DNA of 64,000 nucleotides from NCBI RefSeq assembly GCF_057098645.1, contig NZ_CM169472.1; one strand, 5' to 3'. Shown piece by piece: positions 59,871 to 64,000 of this stretch (position 1 is its first letter; each line of letters starts with the position of its first letter). The notes under the pieces were generated by a model. It saw only the letters and a program-made list of their open reading frames with translations, ran no database searches and was not told where the DNA came from. The position numbers and the translations under genes were made by a program.

Positions 59871-60626
59871 TTAACGCGTTTTTTCGCTGCTTTCCACTAC
59901 CGGGGGATTTTTCCTCAGTGACTCTCCCTGAAGGACCACTCGGTGTGAGTTATGTACCAGTCTGTCCAGGATGGCATCTGCTGTTGTTGGGTTCTCCATC
60001 AGACCATGCCATTTATCTACCGGGAACTGGCTTACCACTATCGTGCTGCTTTGTCCGTAACGATCCTCTATGAGCTCCAGAAGGTCATTACACTGGGCGT
60101 TACTTAACTGTTCCAGCCCCAGATCGTCCAGGATTAGAACCTGTATTTTTTGCAACTGTTTCAGATATTTCAGCCAGCTGCCATCAACACGTCCCTGAGC
60201 CAGTTGTTCCAGTAATCGCCCGGTTCTACAGTACCGGACGCTGTGTTTCTGTCGACATGCCTGTTCGCCCAGCGCATTGGCTATCCAGCTCTTGCCACAT
60301 CCTGTCGGACCGGTTATCAGCAGGTTTTTCCTGTGGGTTATGTAGTGGCCGTTCAGCAGTTCTCTCATCTGTTCAGCCCGCAGACCTCTTGAGGCCGGAT
60401 AGCGCAGCCCTTCCGGTGTTGCCTGGTATTTCAGGCCGGCATTTTTTCTCAACCGTGCCACACGGCTGTTTTCCCTGCTCAGAAGCTCGTCATCAACCAG
60501 CAGCGTCAGCCTTTCCTCGAACGACAGTTCGTCGTAGGTCTGAGGCGTTTCCCGCTGCCGTATCAGGCTCCCGGCCATCGCCGGGAGTTTCAGTTGGGTC
60601 AGTTTGTTTAACAGGTTATCACTCAT
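59871..60626 (-). CDS. istB: IS21-family helper ATPase IstB
   Basis: Track ORF 59871..60869; start set at MSDNLLNKLTQLKLP… (252 aa); Walker A GPTGCGKS, Walker B LILDDLG. Confidence 0.9.
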   Translation of the reverse strand: MSDNLLNKLTQLKLPAMAGSLIRQRETPQTYDELSFEERLTLLVDDELLSRENSRVARLRKNAGLKYQATPEGLRYPASRGLRAEQMRELLNGHYITHRKNLLITGPTGCGKSWIANALGEQACRQKHSVRYCRTGRLLEQLAQGRVDGSWLKYLKQLQKIQVLILDDLGLEQLSNAQCNDLLELIEDRYGQSSTIVVSQFPVDKWHGLMENPTTADAILDRLVHNSHRVVLQGESLRKNPPVVESSEKTR

Positions 60627-60642
60627 ACTGTTGTTCCTTCTG

Positions 60643-62178
60643 TCAGTGGTAGTAGCCCGGACCACGCAGGTTTTCATGCTCTGAAGCATATGCCGGATGT
60701 TGTTCGCCCTGGCGGGATAATGGAAGCTCCAGGTTCTCCCGATGGTGACGCAGCAGATTGTCGATAAAGCGTCTGTCAGGGGCGTTATAGTGCAGGGCAA
60801 CGTAACAGGCCTTTTCCAGCCGTTCCGGGCCGTATTTTTTCTGAAGTGCCAGCAGCCCCAGAACTGCACGATAAGCCAGTTCCGGATGGGGTTTTGCCTT
60901 CAGCATGGATTCAACCACCCGGCCTGTGGACGGGCCCGTACGTTTTCCCTGCTCGATCAGGCGTTCCGGTGTCCATGTCCCGTGCTGCCGGTGGCGCTCT
61001 GGCATGTGAAGCGGATTGGTTGTGTGTTTATATTCATGTGTGCTGCGCGGATGTTGCGCCACACACTGCCCCTTGTGCCAGAGCTGTACCACCGACTGCC
61101 CCGCCTTCAGTGACAGACGCTGACCGACCAGTTCGTGTGGAACGGAGTACCAGTGACGGGCATATTCAACGTGGTAGTCAGGGCCAACCTTCACAGCTTT
61201 GTATTCCGTGTATTCATAAGGTGCCAGAGGCAGCGGAGAGAGTGCTGGCGCATCCAGTATGCGGAAGCGTTCTGCACGGGTTTGATTGCCGTACCCCTTC
61301 ATTGGCCGGTTATTCATGTCTGTCAGTAACTCCCTAAGGCGCGCATTCAGCGCCCTGAGCGTGTGGAAGGTTTCATTACGGATGCGGGCAAGAAGCCATC
61401 GTTCAACGATGAGGACGCCGTTTTCTGCTTTTGGTTTATCTTTAGGTTTGCGTGGTCGGGCCGGGATGATAACCGTGCCATAGTGCTCAGCCAGTGCCTG
61501 ATAACTGTCGTTGATGACAGGCTCATATCGATCGGCCTTTTTCACTGCGCTTCTGAGGTTATCGGGGATGAGCAGCTTCGGTACGCCGCCCAGGAAGGTC
61601 AGGCAACGGCTGTGGGCATTTAACCATGACATCATGTCCTGACCTTCGCACGCTTCAACGTAGGTATAGTTGGACGCCCCCATTACGGCCACGAAGATTG
61701 CCACGCGGCGTATCTCACCGGTGTCCGGATTAATAACAGGAACCGTAGGACCACAGAAGTCGATAAAAAGCTTTTCGCCGGCACGATGCTCCTGGCGCAT
61801 GGAGAGACGTCGCGTTTTTTTCCACTCCCGGTAGCAACGGCAGAAGTGCGAGTATCCCATCGCTTTGTTACCCGCCTGTGCCTTGTATTCCATCCACAAC
61901 AGTTGCCGCGTCACACCTGGTTTTCTCATTTCCGTATCGAAGTACAACATGTCAGGCATTACAAGCTCTGATGCAAAGGTGTCTTTGGGCGGAAAAATGA
62001 GTTTCTCCAGCGTGTCATGGGATATATCAGCAGGTAATGGCCATGACAGAGAAGAGGCTTTGAAGCGGGCAAGAACCTCAAAAACGGTTGAGGCGCTGAT
62101 GTGTAACGTCAGTCCGATACAACGGTTAGTCAGCTTCTTGTCGAACTTGAGCTGAAGGATCTTAAAACAGGTTTCCAT
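60643..62178 (-). CDS. istA: IS21-family transposase IstA (HTH + DDE domain); start codon uncertain
   Basis: Track ORF 60643..62289; start provisionally at METCFKILQLKF…; DDE-transposase-like middle region; 16-bp gap to istB. Confidence 0.85.
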   Translation of the reverse strand: METCFKILQLKFDKKLTNRCIGLTLHISASTVFEVLARFKASSLSWPLPADISHDTLEKLIFPPKDTFASELVMPDMLYFDTEMRKPGVTRQLLWMEYKAQAGNKAMGYSHFCRCYREWKKTRRLSMRQEHRAGEKLFIDFCGPTVPVINPDTGEIRRVAIFVAVMGASNYTYVEACEGQDMMSWLNAHSRCLTFLGGVPKLLIPDNLRSAVKKADRYEPVINDSYQALAEHYGTVIIPARPRKPKDKPKAENGVLIVERWLLARIRNETFHTLRALNARLRELLTDMNNRPMKGYGNQTRAERFRILDAPALSPLPLAPYEYTEYKAVKVGPDYHVEYARHWYSVPHELVGQRLSLKAGQSVVQLWHKGQCVAQHPRSTHEYKHTTNPLHMPERHRQHGTWTPERLIEQGKRTGPSTGRVVESMLKAKPHPELAYRAVLGLLALQKKYGPERLEKACYVALHYNAPDRRFIDNLLRHHRENLELPLSRQGEQHPAYASEHENLRGPGYYH

Positions 62179-62403
62179 AGTGCTCCTGGATTTTCTCTTT
62201 CTGGACATTGACGTCTCCACTGGTTTAAACACGGCAATGGAGACTGTGGTGAAAAGAGTTAATTCCCGGAGTGACTGGCAGGATGCCAATCAATGATCGG
62301 AAGCATGCCAAATCGTGATCGATTGTGATGCCAAACTGTGATCGGAGATGGATGCCAAATCATGATCGATTCGAATGCCAAACTGCGATCGATTCAGATG
62401 CCA

Positions 62404-62942
62404 TTTTGCACCTGCTGCATGACAGCTTTATCGGGTGCGACGTAGCCCTGATGCCCGGTGGTGTTGGCGAGCGGATTTTCCTGTACCAGAATGCTCAGAT
62501 GCATTGCCCGGACAAGCGCCTCACAGGTTTCATTCAGGGCGTGTTCCAGCTCATGCTCTGCATACAGACTCAGAAGGTGATGATGTGCCTTCCGGTAGGC
62601 GGTGGCCGTGCTGTCACACGCCCCTTTCAGGCGTTCACGTTCGAAATTCAGCACCACGGCCAGATTGTCATATTCCTGTACCAGCTCCCGGCGTGCCACG
62701 CGCTCAATGTGGCGCTGTTTCAGCTCGTCGCTCAGGACACCACCGGCTGCACGAAAGGCCGTGCGCCAGTCGTCAGCGTCGTTTCCGTCGGCCTGCGCCA
62801 GCGCATTTTTTTCCTGCTCTGCCCGTTCAATGGCCGTGACGGTCTCATCCATCAGTCGGGCGTTCTCAAGGTGGGCGGCTCTGGCCTTTTCCAGTTGTGC
62901 CAGTGCGGGTTGCAGATATTCAGGGATGGTGTTGTCAGACAT
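62404..62942 (-). pseudogene. sid: 5' fragment of P4 sid, truncated by the IS21-family insertion
   Basis: ORF 62394..62960; Sid-like sequence from MSDNTIPEYLQPALAQLEKARAAHLENARLMDE…; the final codons and stop fall inside the IS end. Confidence 0.6.
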
Positions 62943-63110
62943 TTTCCGGCTCCTCGTCACTTCAGGTTAAGAAAATTGTGACGTACACCGGACAACAACA
63001 CGACGCATTGCAGATGTGCCAGCCCTGACACAGGAGACTCATCCTCAGACCGGCAAGCCAGGAAAAGGTCGCAGGAAAAACCGGCTTACTGTTTGTTTTT
63101 TTATATTTTA

Positions 63111-63215
63111 CTGTTCACCTCTGTTCACCATAAGAAAAAAGATAAGTAATACAGTAAGTTAAATGGTGAACAATCGCAGTAATGACTGTTCACCGTCTGT
63201 TCACCACTGTTCACC
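63111..63215. repeat. Five direct copies of CTGTTCACC in two clusters with 10-11-bp spacing, in the sid / vis-like divergent control region
   Basis: Copies read at 63111, 63121, 63186, 63197 and 63207. Confidence 0.5.
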
Positions 63216-63493
63216 CGTTGATGGACTTTTTGTGCTGTTTACTACTGTTTATTTTTATTAATTCACTGAAATAAATAAGAAAAAACAATTTGTATTTCAC
63301 TATAATTTTTTCCAGCTCCTTCCAGAGCGTTTTAAAGCTATCTGGCGCTGATATACAAAAAATGCACAGCCATTGTAAGGCTGCCGGAACAAATCCCCCC
63401 TGTTGCGTCTGCCAAAAATATTCACAAAATAAAGCGCTACCCGAAGCCGGACGGACTTATCCGGTGCTGTATGGACATTAACGAGGTAGCCCG

Positions 63494-63760
63494 ATGCAAG
63501 CTGTTTTTTCTTCCCCGTCTCCCGCCCCTGTGACGCCACTGATGCCGCTGCCGGACATCACGCAGGAGCGTTTTTTACGTCTGCCGGAAGTGATGCACCT
63601 GTGCGGCCTGTCACGCTCGACCATCTATGAACTCATCCGTAAGGGGGAATTTCCGCCGCAGGTGAGTCTTGGCGGTAAAAATGTGGCCTGGCTGCACTCT
63701 GAAGTCACCGCATGGATGGCCGGACGCATTGCCGGACGCAAACGGGGGTACGACGCATGA
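63494..63760 (+). CDS. AlpA/Vis-family small DNA-binding protein (excisionase / regulator-like)
   Basis: 88-aa ORF with AlpA-type HTH region (…RFLRLPEVMHLCGLSRSTIYELIRKGEFPPQVSLGGKNVAWLHSEVTAWM…); divergent from the late genes; start may be an internal Met. Confidence 0.7.
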   Translation: MQAVFSSPSPAPVTPLMPLPDITQERFLRLPEVMHLCGLSRSTIYELIRKGEFPPQVSLGGKNVAWLHSEVTAWMAGRIAGRKRGYDA

Positions 63761-64000
63761 TAGTGCCCGCTCTGCAAAAACTCCCTTTTTCTGGCTTGCC
63801 TTTTTCCGGCATTTGCGGATATAGTTTTTCCGCTGCCGCAAAATCGGCAGCCGGGCGTGAGAACCCGTGTAGCTCGAAGGCGACATATGACGCGCCATGC
63901 GTCTTTTTTTGTGTCGCAATCAACGCCACAGAGCGCCAGATTATGGTGTGGCGTGTGGTTTGCCGTGCAGGTATGATCCTGTTCGCAATCGCATGTTATG

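Larger units (their letters stand above)
59791..62403 (-). mobile_element. IS21-family insertion sequence (~2.6 kb, istA-istB); boundaries approximate
   Basis: Imperfect terminal inverted repeats (inward from both ends: TGGCATCGAAGTCCGATCAG… / TGGCATCTGAATCGATCGCAG…) and reiterated gatgccaaa-type subterminal repeats at 62285-62400; target-site duplication could not be resolved by eye. Confidence 0.7.

Noticed and set aside
62285-62400. Array of short direct repeats (gatgccaaa-type) that looks superficially like a mini repeat array
   Set aside because: Repeats are 16-20 bp, imperfect and directly adjoin istA; this is the multi-repeat terminus typical of IS21-family elements, not a CRISPR array (no spacers of uniform length, no cas genes).
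62977-62994. TGT-N12-ACA dyad upstream of sid, resembling the binding site of Ogr/Delta-type late activators
   Set aside because: Its centre lies only ~43 bp upstream of the sid start codon, too close for the usual late-promoter geometry, and a 6-bp specified dyad occurs by chance at appreciable frequency; left as unassigned.
63290-63539. Two small overlapping ORFs (63 aa plus-strand, 79 aa minus-strand) in the satellite control region
   Set aside because: They overlap each other and the repeat/promoter region and have no recognisable motifs; more likely regulatory DNA or an RNA-encoding region than protein genes.

Overview
Enterobacterial (Escherichia coli / Shigella-type) chromosomal segment; gene names are assigned by recognising the translated ORFs and their conserved synteny, not by any database search. 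Order: lldD (5'-truncated) - trmL - cysE - gpsA - secB - grxC - yibN - gpmM - envC - yibQ - waaH - tdh - kbl, then the LPS core locus hldD-waaFC plus waaQGPOTYWVL (gene content of the R1 core type, low GC), waaA-coaD, mutM, rpmBG, yicR, coaBC, dut, slmA, pyrE, rph, yicC, a frameshifted dinD, yicG, ligB, gmk, rpoZ, spoT, trmH, recG, an IS629-like insertion disrupting a non-K-12 hypothetical gene, gltS, xanP, yicH, yicI, yicJ and tRNA-Sec (selC). Downstream of selC lies a P4-like phage-satellite prophage (integrase, cos, psu, delta, sid split by an IS21-family element, AlpA/Vis-like regulator) that runs off the window end. The most interesting feature is the satellite's variable int-cos cargo slot: a translationally coupled, AT-rich pair encoding a HAD-superfamily phosphohydrolase and a small three-helix membrane protein, a candidate anti-phage module of unknown mechanism. 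CDS coordinates derive from the supplied ORF track with start codons refined by protein-length knowledge; coordinates of non-ORF features were counted by hand and may be off by 1-2 bp. No CRISPR array and no rRNA were seen.
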